Shown here in pieces: positions 18,611 through 30,243 of a DNA stretch of 39,209 bases; the stretch's first letter is position 1; each line of letters opens with the position of its first letter. The DNA is from an uncultured bacterium. GTDB lineage: Bacteria; CAZDME01; JAYEMH01. The notes under the pieces are model-generated. The model was given only the letters and a program-made list of their open reading frames with translations. It did not search any database and was not told where the DNA came from. The stretch spans positions 1 through 39,209 of the forward strand of contig CAZDME010000004.1 in assembly GCA_964506785.1 (NCBI GenBank), read 5' to 3'. The position numbers were made by a program, and so were the translations under genes.

Positions 18611-19666
18611 AACAAAAGCCCGCATTATATCGTTGTAGGTCGCAAAGAGCATAATAGCAACAAGAATATAAAGCCCGACCATCTGGGCTAACTCCTGAGC
18701 CTTTACAGATAAAGGACGTCCTTTTATTTTCTCCGCCGCTAAAAACATCAAATGTCCACCATCGAGAATAGGAATAGGTAAAAGGTTTATGACCGCTAAA
18801 TTTACGCTAATCAGGGCTAAGAATGTCAAAAGCGGTAAAAGGCCAATTTTAATTTGCTGGGCGGTTAATTGGGCAATTAAAATCGGCCCGCCTAGATGCC
18901 GGACAGAAATCTTCCCGCTGACCATTCTCCAGAGGCCGATATAAATCATTTTGGTAAGAGTTAAGGTCTGCCCGGTGCCTTTTATAAGGGCGGCAGGCAA
19001 CGGTTCCCGATGGTAATATATCTCTTCGGCATCGGGCAAAATGCCGATTAATCCTTTTGAGACCTTCCCTTTTAACGGGTCTATTTCATCCTCAATTCGC
19101 GGGGTAATATCTAAATTTATAATCCTGCCGTCCCGTTCTATATTGAACGATAATTTTTCACCCGGGCTTTGATAAATAGTTGCCGCCAAACCCGGCCAAT
19201 TCTCAATCCTTTTATCGTCGATAAAAAGAACTTTATCTCCGGGAATCAACCCGGCTGTTTGCGCCGGCTCTCCCGCTTTCACTTCCCCGATAACCGCTTT
19301 ATAAACCGGGCTGCCAAGATAAAGAACGGAACTAAAAATTACCCAGGCTAAAAGAAAATTCATAAAAGGCCCGGCGGCCAAAATAATGGCTCGCCGCCAG
19401 GGCTTCTTTCCAAAAAACTCCCAAGGTTCTGCTGCCTTTTGCTCATCCATCTGTTCCCCGGCTAATTTCACATACCCCCCCAAGGGAATTAAAGAAAGGC
19501 GGTATTCTGTCTTACCGGCTCTTTTCGCCAGAAGCTTGGGGCCAAAACCCATAGAAAACTTCTCCACCCGCACTCCCATGATTTTTGCGGCAATAAAATG
19601 GCCTGATTCATGAACAAAGATTAAGATTCCAAGAACGACGATAATTCCGATAACGCTAATTAGCAT
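18605..19666 (-). CDS. rseP: RIP metalloprotease RseP
   Basis: HESGH, PDZ domain, NLLPIPILDGGH. Confidence 0.96.
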   Translation of the reverse strand: MLISVIGIIVVLGILIFVHESGHFIAAKIMGVRVEKFSMGFGPKLLAKRAGKTEYRLSLIPLGGYVKLAGEQMDEQKAAEPWEFFGKKPWRRAIILAAGPFMNFLLAWVIFSSVLYLGSPVYKAVIGEVKAGEPAQTAGLIPGDKVLFIDDKRIENWPGLAATIYQSPGEKLSFNIERDGRIINLDITPRIEDEIDPLKGKVSKGLIGILPDAEEIYYHREPLPAALIKGTGQTLTLTKMIYIGLWRMVSGKISVRHLGGPILIAQLTAQQIKIGLLPLLTFLALISVNLAVINLLPIPILDGGHLMFLAAEKIKGRPLSVKAQELAQMVGLYILVAIMLFATYNDIMRAFVK

Positions 19667-20829
19667 TCTAAAAATTCTCCCTTCGCTATTTCAAGACTTT
19701 CTTTTCTAGCCCAGATATCAGCTTTAAGAATTTCTCCTAATCCGGGGTTTTTTTTGGTTTTATGCCTGGCCATAACCTTTTTAATCAAACCGGGAATGCT
19801 CAAGAAATCAATTTTATTTTGCAGAAAAAGAGCCACCGCTACTTCATTAGCGGCGTTAAAGACTGCCGGCATCGTTCCCCCGAGCTGGGCTGATTCCAAA
19901 GCCAATTTCAATCCGGGGAAACGCTGGTAATCAGGCCTGTAAAATTCAAGTTTTGAAAGGCGGCTTAAATCTATCGGCCTCAAACTTGATTTCCTTCGTT
20001 CGGGGAAAGTTAAGGCATGTTGAATAGGCAGGCGCATATCCGGCCTTGAGAGAAGCGCCAGGACACTCCCATCGATTAACTCTACCAAAGCATGAACCAA
20101 TCCCTGGGGATGAATAAGAATTTCAATCTGGGAAAGTTTCAAATTAAAAAGATGCTGGGCTTCCATTACCTCCAGCCCCTTATTAATCAACGTAGCCGAA
20201 TCAATACTAATTTTTGCCCCCATTTTCCAGAGAGGATGCCTCAAGGCTTCCTGCGGCTTAATTTTTTTTAAAGAAGCGCGTGACCTTTTATAGAAAGGTC
20301 CTCCGGAAGCGGTTAAAATTATTTTTTTTACCACATTTCCCTTCCGGTTTTCTAAACATTGAAAGATAGCGTTGTGTTCGCTGTCCATGGGTATAAGCTG
20401 GGCTTTTTTCCGGCCGGCTTTCTTCTTTATCAACTTCCCGGCAACCACTAAGGCCTCTTTATTGGCTAGGGCAACATCTTTACCCGCTCCAAGAGCCGCC
20501 CAGAGAGGAAGAAGTCCGGAAATCCCGGTGGTGGCAATAACGATAAGGTCGGCCTGAGATAAACCGGCAATTTTGGCTAAACCGTGACTGCCGGAAAAAA
20601 TTTTACATTTATAATTCAACTTTTGCTTTAACGACTGGGTTTTTCCCCCATCCCCCAAACCGATAAAGGCCGGCCTGAATTTATTGGCCTGCCGGGCCAG
20701 CAGCCTTACGTTTTCCCTGGCTGATAGGGCCAGAACGGTAAACTCCCCTTTTAAACTTTCGATTACTTTGAGAACATTCGACCCAACTGAACCGGTTGAC
20801 CCGAGTAAAACGATTTTCCTTTTTTTCAT
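19660..20829 (-). CDS. dxr: 1-deoxy-D-xylulose-5-phosphate reductoisomerase
   Basis: LGSTGSVG, LANKE, DSEHNAIFQ, LTASGGPF, NKGLEVMEA, NAANE. Confidence 0.97.
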   Translation of the reverse strand: MKKRKIVLLGSTGSVGSNVLKVIESLKGEFTVLALSARENVRLLARQANKFRPAFIGLGDGGKTQSLKQKLNYKCKIFSGSHGLAKIAGLSQADLIVIATTGISGLLPLWAALGAGKDVALANKEALVVAGKLIKKKAGRKKAQLIPMDSEHNAIFQCLENRKGNVVKKIILTASGGPFYKRSRASLKKIKPQEALRHPLWKMGAKISIDSATLINKGLEVMEAQHLFNLKLSQIEILIHPQGLVHALVELIDGSVLALLSRPDMRLPIQHALTFPERRKSSLRPIDLSRLSKLEFYRPDYQRFPGLKLALESAQLGGTMPAVFNAANEVAVALFLQNKIDFLSIPGLIKKVMARHKTKKNPGLGEILKADIWARKESLEIAKGEFLEC

Positions 20830-20837
20830 AATAATTT

Positions 20838-20908
20838 TCAGAAATCAGATAGCTGATATCAAATGGCAGTTTTTTTCTGTCTTCTTTCCTCTGTTTCCTG
20901 TAATCTCT
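20838..20908. repeat. Inverted pair of degenerate 7-mer arrays
   Basis: tcagaaa tcagata gctgata tcaaatg ... tctgtct tctttcc tctgttt cctgtaa tct. Confidence 0.65.
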
Positions 20909-20956
20909 GGTTCAAACATTTATCCATCATCCGGATTTAACCGCTTTTCATCTTTG

Positions 20957-21787
20957 TTATAAAAGCAGGGAAATAGCTAAATAATACATCACCGGCGCCG
21001 CAAAGAATATGCTGTCAAAACGGTCTAAAATACCGCCATGGCCGGGAATAATGTCGCTGGCGTCTTTTATATGAATGCTTCTCTTAAGCAAACTTTCACT
21101 CAGGTCGCCAAAAATAGCGAATATCCCGATTATAATAGCAGAGGCTGAATAAAAGAGGTAATGGTTCGGCGGTACACGAAAGATTATGACGAAAAGAAAA
21201 GCGGCCAGGATACTGCCTGACATCCCGGCTATAATCCCCTCCTTGCTTTTGTTTGGGCTAACGCTGGTAACGAGCTTGTGTCTCCCCCAGCGGTTTCCGA
21301 TAAAATAAGCGCAGCTATCGCCTATCCAGGTAACCGCAAAAACATAAAAGACAAGGTTATTGCCCCCGGGTAAAGATTTCAAAGCCAAAAGATGTGCAGG
21401 CAGCCAGCCGATATAAACAATCCCTAAAAAAGTTGCCGAAACAGACTGCAGCAAAGAGTTATAATCGACTTTTTTAAAAATCTGAGAGACTAAAACCGCC
21501 ATAAATATTAGCGTTAAGAGGAAGGCGGGATAAGCTAAACTGCCGCTTCTGAAAAGCAGGGGGAATAAAGCCACGCTTAAATAACCAAGGATTTCGTTGC
21601 AGCTGATTCCTTTGAAGTTCATCATGGAAAAATATTCGCCTAAACCGATTAAGAGGATGGCGGTAATTAAAAGCAGAAACGGCCAATCACAGCTCCAATA
21701 AATCCACCAGATGAGAATAGGCAAAAAAAGAACTGCGGATAAAATACGATAGCGGAGAGTCAGCGTCTTTTCTTTATAATCCGCCAT
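20957..21787 (-). CDS. cdsA: Phosphatidate cytidylyltransferase
   Basis: DSCAYFIG, SPNKSKEG, GDLSESLLKR, IKDASDIIPGHGGILDRFDS. Confidence 0.96.
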   Translation of the reverse strand: MADYKEKTLTLRYRILSAVLFLPILIWWIYWSCDWPFLLLITAILLIGLGEYFSMMNFKGISCNEILGYLSVALFPLLFRSGSLAYPAFLLTLIFMAVLVSQIFKKVDYNSLLQSVSATFLGIVYIGWLPAHLLALKSLPGGNNLVFYVFAVTWIGDSCAYFIGNRWGRHKLVTSVSPNKSKEGIIAGMSGSILAAFLFVIIFRVPPNHYLFYSASAIIIGIFAIFGDLSESLLKRSIHIKDASDIIPGHGGILDRFDSIFFAAPVMYYLAISLLL

Positions 21788-22517
21788 AGCGTCTACTCCT
21801 TGTTTGAAAATCGATTATTGCTTCAAGGAAATCCCGGCGCGTAAAATCCGGCCAAAGCTTGTCTGAAAAATATAATTCCGTATAGGAAAGCTGCCAGAGA
21901 AGAAAATTACTCAGTCTTTTTTCACCGCTCGTCCTTATTAATAAATCCGGGTCGGGAAGATTTCCCGTCTCCAATAGCCGGCTGAAGCTCTTTTCGTTGA
22001 CATCCTTCGCTTCCATTTTTCCCTTCCGGGCCAAGCCGGTAATTTTTTGAACGGCTTTAATAATTTCCGCCCGGCTGCCGTAATTAATCGCCAAAACCAG
22101 GATTAAACCGTTATTATTGCTGAGTTCTTCTTTGGCCATATTAATTGCCTTCCGGGTAGAAAGAGACAGCTTGGTTATATCGCCGATAATTTTGAACTGG
22201 ATGTTTTCTCTTTTCATTTTTTCCAAATCTCGGGAGATATATTTTTCTAAAAGCTTCATTAAGAATTTAATCTCTTTGGGCGGGCGGGACCAATTATCCA
22301 CGGAAAAGGCATAAAAGGTAACTACCGGGATTTTTACTTCAACGGCTGCTTCAATTATCTTTCTTACCGTTTTAATCCCCGCCTGGTGCCCCAGATTACG
22401 CGGCAGCCGCCTTTTTTGCGCCCAGCGTCCATTGCCGTCCATTATTATGGCAATATGACGTGGCAGCCGGGACGAATCGATTTTTTTCAAAAGTTCTTTA
22501 TTTCCTGCTTCAGCCAT
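21774..22517 (-). CDS. uppS: Undecaprenyl diphosphate synthase
   Basis: HIAIIMDGNGRWA, DPDLLIRTSGEKRLSNFLLWQ. Confidence 0.97.
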   Translation of the reverse strand: MAEAGNKELLKKIDSSRLPRHIAIIMDGNGRWAQKRRLPRNLGHQAGIKTVRKIIEAAVEVKIPVVTFYAFSVDNWSRPPKEIKFLMKLLEKYISRDLEKMKRENIQFKIIGDITKLSLSTRKAINMAKEELSNNNGLILVLAINYGSRAEIIKAVQKITGLARKGKMEAKDVNEKSFSRLLETGNLPDPDLLIRTSGEKRLSNFLLWQLSYTELYFSDKLWPDFTRRDFLEAIIDFQTRSRRYGGL

Positions 22518-22540
22518 AACTTCCCGTCCATAAACAAATC

Positions 22541-22559
22541 AAGGGGGAAATTCCCCCTT
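22541..22559 (-). terminator. Hairpin after frr (possible terminator)
   Basis: AAGGGGG-aaatt-CCCCCTT; weak U-tract on the minus strand. Confidence 0.45.
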
Positions 22560-22586
22560 TACCCGTTTCCAAAATAAATCTGGCGA

Positions 22587-23147
22587 TTACACTTCCATAA
22601 TTTCTGCTTCTTTCGCCGAAACCATTGCTTCCAGCTTCTTGATATAATCGCCGGTCATTTCCTGCATTTTCTCCTGAGCTTTAAATCGCTCGTCTTCGGA
22701 GATAATCTTCTCTTTCTCTAATTTTTCCAAATCCATATTAGCCGTCCGGCGGTTATTGCGAATAGAAACCTTGCCTCCTTCGGCAATTCTCTCTACTAAT
22801 TTCGAGAGTTCTTTTCTTCTTTCTTCACTTAAAGGCGGGAGCGATAAGCGGATATTTTTGCCGTCGTTATTGGGGTTAAAACCTAAATTCGATTTGAGAA
22901 TGGCTTTTTCGACCTCGCCAAGAATAGTTTTATCCCAGGGTTGGATTAAAATACTGCGGGCATCAGGAATACCGATAGAAGCTACCTGTTTTAAAGGCAT
23001 GCTTGTCCCGTAACACGTCACTAAAATTTCTTCGACCAGAGTACTGGAGGCTCGGTTGGTGCGGACCGCCCTGAATTCCCGGCTCATTGCCTCAATTGTC
23101 TGCTGCATCTTTTTTTCTGTCTGGTTAAAAATTTTCTTTTGTTCCAT
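22587..23147 (-). CDS. frr: Ribosome recycling factor
   Basis: VRTNRAS, IQPWDK, LGFNPNNDG, PPLSEERRKEL; start at 23147 has a GAGGAG RBS. Confidence 0.96.
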   Translation of the reverse strand: MEQKKIFNQTEKKMQQTIEAMSREFRAVRTNRASSTLVEEILVTCYGTSMPLKQVASIGIPDARSILIQPWDKTILGEVEKAILKSNLGFNPNNDGKNIRLSLPPLSEERRKELSKLVERIAEGGKVSIRNNRRTANMDLEKLEKEKIISEDERFKAQEKMQEMTGDYIKKLEAMVSAKEAEIMEV

Positions 23148-23159
23148 TTCACTCCTCAT

Positions 23160-24464
<1,305 letters not shown>

Positions 24465-24465
<1 letters not shown>

Positions 24466-25280
24466 TATTGGCCCTCTTTCGCTGTTTTTCTTTTTCTTCC
24501 CTCTTTTTCTTTCACCTTGACCTTAACCTCTTCTTTGGCCGAATCTGGCTTTTCGCCTGCATCCGCCTCTTTTTCTTTCTTCTTTTTTTCGCCTGAGAGG
24601 GCTTCTTTCCCTTCGAAAACGGCGTCAGCCAGGCGGCTGACTAAAAGCTTAATTGCCCGCAGAGCGTCATCATTTGCCGGAATGCAAAGATCGAGTAACT
24701 CAGGATTGCCGTTGGTATCAACCACGCCAATGGTAAAAACACCTACCTTCCGCGCTTCGGTTAAAGCTGTTTTCTCTTTAACCGGGTCAATAATGAGCAC
24801 AATATCCGGCCTCGCATCCATATCCCTCATACCCCAAAAACCTTTTTCCAATTTCATTTTTTCTTTATGGATACGGGCTACTTCTTTCTTGGAAAATCCG
24901 GAAAAATCTCCTTTTTCTTCTTTTTCGATAATATCCCTCAGGCGATGGATACTTTTTTTGATTATTTCGAAATTAGTGAGCGTTCCTCCTAACCAGCGCC
25001 TGTTTACATAGTTGGCGCCGCAGCGCTCTGCTTCTTCGGCAATTATCTCCTGGGCTTGTTTTTTCGTGCCGACAAAAAGGATACTTTTTCTGCTGGCGGC
25101 CGCCTCCTTTAGGTACTGGTAGACCTTTTCGAAATTTACCATTGTCTTCTGTAAATCGATAATATGTATACCCTGCCGGTCACCAAAGATATACTTTTTC
25201 ATCTTAGGATTCCATTTCTTTTTCTGATGGCCAAAATGGACTCCGGCTTCCAATAATTCTTTAAGACTAATCTCTGACAT
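24465..25280 (-). CDS. rpsB: 30S ribosomal protein S2
   Basis: LLEAGVHFGHQ, RWLGGTLTN, PANDDA; start reassigned to 25280 (AAGGAG RBS). Confidence 0.97.
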
Positions 25281-25313
25281 ATATTCTCCTTCAAATTGTG
25301 GAATTTGGGCTAT

Positions 25314-25342
25314 ATGGTAGCACATAGCCTGTAATTTAGCAA
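25314..25342 (-). promoter_or_regulatory. Putative rpsB-tsf promoter
   Basis: TTGCTA-N17-TACCAT with extended -10 TG. Confidence 0.5.
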
Positions 25343-25357
25343 GCAAAAATTCCTTCC

Positions 25358-25412
25358 CCTACCACTTACTCCCTACAACCTATCACCTACTACCTACCAC
25401 CTATTCCCATTC
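25358..25412. repeat. Degenerate 7-mer tandem array immediately after the xerC stop
   Basis: cctacca cttactc cctacaa cctatca cctacta cctacca cctattc. Confidence 0.85.
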
Positions 25413-26348
25413 TTATCCCCTGGGATGAGCCCGGTCATAAACCTCCTTAAGCCGCTTGGTTGTCAAATGCGTATAGATTTGTGTCGTCGAAAGACTGACA
25501 TGCCCCAGAAGCTCCTGGATGGAACGAAGGTCGGCTCCCCGATTTAATAAATGTGTCGCAAAGGAATGCCGCAGGGTATGGGGGCTGACATTTTTATTCA
25601 AAGAAATCTTCTTTATGTAATGCGTCACAATTCGGCAGACACTGCGGTCGGTTAAGCGTCCCCCGCGGAAGTTCAAGAATAAAATATGGTGGCTCTTTTC
25701 TTTTGGCTTGTTCTCTTGTTCAGACTTTGCGGCAGCCCCGGGCAGCCTTCTCTTATCTAAATACGTCTGCAGGGCAGAAAGGGCTTTTTCGCCGATGGGA
25801 CAGATTCTTTCCTTTCGTCTTTTTCCCATTACCTTTACCATACCATTCTGGAAATCAACATCCTCGATATTCAAATGGACTAATTCACTTACCCGGATGC
25901 CGGTGCTATAAAGAGTTTCTAAGATAGCCCGGTCCCTTAAACCCAAAAGCCGGTTAGTATCCGGCGCCTCGATAAACCTGATTAATTCTTCAACCTCTAA
26001 AATTTCCGGCAGCCGGCTCTTAGATCTAAAGGACGGGAATAAAACCGCCGGATTTTTCTTTGCAAATCCGAATCGAGTCAGGTATCTATAAAGCGAGCGC
26101 AAAGTAGATATTTTCCTGGCCAGGGTTTTCGACCCGTATTTATTTTTTTCCAACTCAATCAAAAATCTTCTAAGATGGACATACTCTATCCTGGCTAGAT
26201 TGAGCTTTCCTTTATCTAAAAAATTTTCAAACTGAAGCAAATCGCTCCGGTAACCTCTCAAAGTCTGGGGAGAATAAAACCTTTCTTCTTTTAAATAATC
26301 GAGGAACTTTTTTATATAAAGGCGGTTAGTTAAAACTTTATTGGGCAT
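25413..26348 (-). CDS. xerC: Tyrosine recombinase XerC
   Basis: LYSTGIRVSEL, HTLRHSFATHLL, LLGHVSLSTTQIYTH; topA-xerC context. Confidence 0.93.
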   Translation of the reverse strand: MPNKVLTNRLYIKKFLDYLKEERFYSPQTLRGYRSDLLQFENFLDKGKLNLARIEYVHLRRFLIELEKNKYGSKTLARKISTLRSLYRYLTRFGFAKKNPAVLFPSFRSKSRLPEILEVEELIRFIEAPDTNRLLGLRDRAILETLYSTGIRVSELVHLNIEDVDFQNGMVKVMGKRRKERICPIGEKALSALQTYLDKRRLPGAAAKSEQENKPKEKSHHILFLNFRGGRLTDRSVCRIVTHYIKKISLNKNVSPHTLRHSFATHLLNRGADLRSIQELLGHVSLSTTQIYTHLTTKRLKEVYDRAHPRG

Positions 26349-28422
26349 TTTCGTCCTTTACCTCTTCCCAGTAGGAACAGTCTTTATTCACGCATTTATA
26401 GTAATGCTTATTCCTGGACCTTTTCTCAACCAAAAAAGGCGCTCCGCATTGGGGACAAATCTTTTTAACCGGCTTTTGCCACGAGGTAAATTTGCATTTG
26501 GGATATTCGCTGCATCCATAAAAAAACCTGCCCCTTTTGCTTTTCCTTTCGACAATTTCTCCCATACAATCACTTTCGGGGCACGGAATGCCTAACGTTA
26601 AGGAACGGCTGTTCTGGCATTTGGGATATCCTGAACAGGCTAAGAATTTGCCGTATTTACCCATTTTGATAACCATTTTCCGCCCGCATTTCTCACAGAC
26701 CTCATCAGTAACCTCTATATGATTGACCTTTTTTACCTTTTTTCTGGCTGTTTCCAAATTTTGCTTAAAAGGGTTATAAAAATCTTTTAAAACCCTTTGC
26801 CAGTCAGCTTTGCCTTCTTCTACCTTGTCCAGTTCATCCTCCAATCTGGCGGTAAATTCGACATCGAGCACTTTGGGGAAATTTTCTACCAACAAATCGT
26901 TAATTAAAACGCCCAACTCAGTTGGATAAAACCGGCCGGAATCCTTACGGACATAATCTCTCTGCTGGATAGTCGAAACTATACTGGCATAAGTGCTGGG
27001 ACGGCCAATCCCCTTTTCTTCCAAAATGCGGACTAAGCTTGCTTCCGTATAACGGGGCGCGGGGGTGGTAAAATGCCGGGACGGCTCCAGGGCGCAGAGT
27101 TTAAGCCGCTCCTCAAGGCTTAACGGCGGTAAGGCTGCTTTGCCTTCATTAGTCCTTTCTTCATTCTGAGATAATTTTAAATGCCCGGGAAATTTTACTT
27201 CACTTGAAGAGGCTCGAAAAATATAATTCTTGGCTTTAATATCCACCGAGGTAACCTCGATTATCGCCGGTTTCATTTGCGAAGCGACAAAGCGGTTCCA
27301 GATGAGTTTATAAAGATTATACTGCGGTTGAGTAAGAAACCGTTTAATTTGGCCAGGCTGGTATTCTATTGCCGTCGGCCGGATAGCTTCATGGGCATCC
27401 TGGCCCCTTTTCGATTTATATTGCGGAGAAGATTTCGGCAGGTATTTATCGCCGAATTTATCAGAAATAAATTTTCTGGCTTCCATTTGGGCTTCTTGGG
27501 CCACCCTGACCGAATCGGTACGCATATAGGTAATTAGGCCGATACTGCCTTTCTCTCCTAATTCGATGCCTTCGTAAAGCTGCTGGGCAATAGACATGGT
27601 GAATTTAGCCGAAAATCCTAATCGCGACGCCGCTTCCTGCTGCATCACGCTGGTCGTAAAAGGAGGAGACGGCGACCTCTTTGTTTCCTTCTTTTGAATA
27701 TCGGAAACGGCAAAAATCCCTGATTTCAACTCATCAATAATCTTCCTGGCGTCTTTTTCCCTGGGAATATTTATTTTCTTATCGTCACATTTGTCCAACC
27801 TGGCTTTAAAGGGAGAAAAACCTTGTTTCTCGAATTCTCCTTCGATAAGCCAGTATTCCTCAGGTTTAAAATCCTTTATTTCTTCCTCTCGCTCACAGAT
27901 TAAGCGGACAGCGACTGACTGAACGCGCCCGGCGCTCAACCCTTTGCTCACTTTAACCCAGAGTAAGGGGCTTAGCTGGTAGCCAACCAGCCGGTCAAGA
28001 ATCCGGCGGGCTTGCTGGGCGTTTACCTTATCGTAGTCAATCCGTCCGGGCTTCTCCAAGGCTTTTAAAACCGAACGCTTGGTTATCTCATTAAAAGAGA
28101 CGCGAAATATTTGCGGGCAGGATTTCCTTAATTGATTGGAAAGGTGCCAGGCAATCGCCTCGCCTTCCCGGTCAGGATCAGTGGCAACATAGATTTTTTG
28201 AATCTTTTTGGATTCTTTCTTAAGCTGGTCCAGAACCTTTTTTCGTTTGGGAATAACTACATAACGGGGTTTGAAACCATTTACCGTATCTACGCCTATT
28301 TCTTTCAAAGGAAGGTCAACCAGATGCCCCAGGCAAAAATCGACACTAAAATCTTTAGACAGGAATTTTTTAATTGTCTTCACCTTTGTCGGCGACTCGA
28401 CAATAATCAAGGTTTTAGCCAT
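26338..28422 (-). CDS. topA: DNA topoisomerase I with C-terminal Zn ribbons
   Basis: IVESPTK, ATDPDREGEAI, SAGRVQS, ITYMRTDS; start at 28422 has an AAGGAG RBS. Confidence 0.98.
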   Translation of the reverse strand: MAKTLIIVESPTKVKTIKKFLSKDFSVDFCLGHLVDLPLKEIGVDTVNGFKPRYVVIPKRKKVLDQLKKESKKIQKIYVATDPDREGEAIAWHLSNQLRKSCPQIFRVSFNEITKRSVLKALEKPGRIDYDKVNAQQARRILDRLVGYQLSPLLWVKVSKGLSAGRVQSVAVRLICEREEEIKDFKPEEYWLIEGEFEKQGFSPFKARLDKCDDKKINIPREKDARKIIDELKSGIFAVSDIQKKETKRSPSPPFTTSVMQQEAASRLGFSAKFTMSIAQQLYEGIELGEKGSIGLITYMRTDSVRVAQEAQMEARKFISDKFGDKYLPKSSPQYKSKRGQDAHEAIRPTAIEYQPGQIKRFLTQPQYNLYKLIWNRFVASQMKPAIIEVTSVDIKAKNYIFRASSSEVKFPGHLKLSQNEERTNEGKAALPPLSLEERLKLCALEPSRHFTTPAPRYTEASLVRILEEKGIGRPSTYASIVSTIQQRDYVRKDSGRFYPTELGVLINDLLVENFPKVLDVEFTARLEDELDKVEEGKADWQRVLKDFYNPFKQNLETARKKVKKVNHIEVTDEVCEKCGRKMVIKMGKYGKFLACSGYPKCQNSRSLTLGIPCPESDCMGEIVERKSKRGRFFYGCSEYPKCKFTSWQKPVKKICPQCGAPFLVEKRSRNKHYYKCVNKDCSYWEEVKDENAQ

Positions 28423-28436
28423 AATTCTCCTTTTTA

Positions 28437-29537
28437 TCACGCTTTGACAAATCTCTTCCCGGATAACTGCTTAATTAGTCCTTTTAGCTCTAAACTTACA
28501 AGGAGCCCGGCCGTTTCTCCCGGGTTCACCTGACTGCTTCTGATAATTTCATCAATATGAATCCCTTCACCGGGCTGCCTTTTAATCAAAGAAAACACCT
28601 TACCCTCAGCCTGGGAAATATCCTCTTTCTTTTTGCCTTCCGGCTTTTCGTCTTCAACCGAAATTTCCGGAAATCTGTATTTAAATTCCTCTAAAATATC
28701 TTCCACCCCGACGACTATTTTTGCTCCTTCTTTAATTAATTGGTGCGTGCCGGCGCTGGTCGGAGAATCAATCTTTCCCGGGATAGCAAATACTTCTCTT
28801 CCCTGCTCCAGAGCAAAGTTAGCCGTAATCAAAGCCCCGCTTTTTGCCGCCGCCTCCACTACCACGACACCTAAAGAAAAACCGCTGATTAAGCGGTTTC
28901 TTCTCGGGAAATTAGAGGCAAACGGTAAGGTATCATAAGGAAATTCAGATAAAACGAGGCCCTCCTCAGAAATTTCTCCGGCCATCCTTTCGTTTTCCGG
29001 AGGATAAATCTTTCCCAGGCCGCTGCCCAATACGGCAATGGTTCTACCCTTTCCTTTAAGGGCCCCCCGGTGAGCCGCCGTATCGATACCCCGGGCTAAA
29101 CCGCTGACGATAGAAATATTTCTCTTTACCAATTCCCCGCTTAGTTTCTCGGCAGTAAGCCGTCCATAAATTGAGGGCCGACGCGACCCAACCACGGCCA
29201 CGGCAAACTGATCGACCGCTTCATATTCGCCTTTGAAATACAAAACCAGGGGTGGGCTGGAAATCTCCCTGAGTATCTTCGGGTATTTCTCGTCTTCATA
29301 GGTAACTATTGTTATTTTTTTTCTTTCGCATTTTTTTATCTCATCTTCAAGATTACCGATTTTAAGCCTGCCGATGGCTTTGATTAAAGAGTTATTTAGG
29401 CCGATTTTTGCCAATTCCCGCCGGCTGGCTTTGAATAATAATTCCGGGGAAGCAAATGATTTAAGAATCTGCTCGTAACTTTTCATCCCGAAGAGAGGGA
29501 GCATATTAAGCATTATCAGAGCTTCCCTTCGATTCAT
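28437..29537 (-). CDS. dprA: DNA-processing protein DprA
   Basis: VVGSRR, VSGLARGID, FPRRNRLISG, VVEAAAKSGALIT. Confidence 0.96.
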   Translation of the reverse strand: MNRREALIMLNMLPLFGMKSYEQILKSFASPELLFKASRRELAKIGLNNSLIKAIGRLKIGNLEDEIKKCERKKITIVTYEDEKYPKILREISSPPLVLYFKGEYEAVDQFAVAVVGSRRPSIYGRLTAEKLSGELVKRNISIVSGLARGIDTAAHRGALKGKGRTIAVLGSGLGKIYPPENERMAGEISEEGLVLSEFPYDTLPFASNFPRRNRLISGFSLGVVVVEAAAKSGALITANFALEQGREVFAIPGKIDSPTSAGTHQLIKEGAKIVVGVEDILEEFKYRFPEISVEDEKPEGKKKEDISQAEGKVFSLIKRQPGEGIHIDEIIRSSQVNPGETAGLLVSLELKGLIKQLSGKRFVKA

Positions 29538-29540
29538 AAA

Positions 29541-30125
29541 TTAACCCTTCCTAAATAAACCAAGCTGGGAATCGCCAAACAGTTTATAATTTTTGAGCAG
29601 CCTGATTAATTGCAAGCTATCCGAATCGGCATAATTTTTAGTTGCCTTTATATTCTCGATTAAAAATTCAAGTATCGTCCGAAAATCAATTATATGGTCC
29701 ACCCCTTTTCTCTTCAATATATCGACACTTTTATCCTGGGAGGCTTTTGTCGCGGGGAGCTGGGGGATAATAAGGATTTTTCTAAAATCCCCGGTTTTGA
29801 AAATTGTTTTCGCCTGCTTTTGGGCCCGGTCGTAAAGGAATTTTAGAGAACTAAGAGAAGTCGCTAAAACTGAAGGGGAGAATTTTTTCGAATGCCAGGC
29901 TTTCACTTCAACTAAGGCCCGGGGGATTCCTAAAAGGTTTTCAGTCATGAGAATAAACTTCCGCGGCGGGGAGGAAAAACTTGGGTTCAGATTGACCACG
30001 ATTAATCCCATCTCCTCGTTTTTCTGGACATCTTCTTCAGGGATAACACTTTCCCGGTTAATCCTGACTAAAAATTTATTCATTTCAAAATAAGCCCGTA
30101 TAAGCTCCCCGTTTATTCTAAGCAT
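29541..30125 (-). CDS. Hypothetical protein, possible PD-(D/E)XK-fold
   Basis: Fits the operon with 3-nt spacing to dprA; E-x4-YF N-terminal helix and VEVKAW motif. Confidence 0.6.
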   Translation of the reverse strand: MLRINGELIRAYFEMNKFLVRINRESVIPEEDVQKNEEMGLIVVNLNPSFSSPPRKFILMTENLLGIPRALVEVKAWHSKKFSPSVLATSLSSLKFLYDRAQKQAKTIFKTGDFRKILIIPQLPATKASQDKSVDILKRKGVDHIIDFRTILEFLIENIKATKNYADSDSLQLIRLLKNYKLFGDSQLGLFRKG

Positions 30126-30243
30126 CTCCTCACCCGAATTTTTTTCTGTTTAACAATCTGTAATGTCTTCACAAACTATCTTTACGCTTTACCGATAAAT
30201 CTGACAATCAGAAGGCTTCTCTTTTTACCGTAAACTGAATAGC

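Noticed and set aside
25413-26348. Tyrosine recombinase as phage or integron integrase
   Set aside because: Sequence and dprA-topA-xerC synteny fit housekeeping XerC; no IntI-specific insertion or att context.
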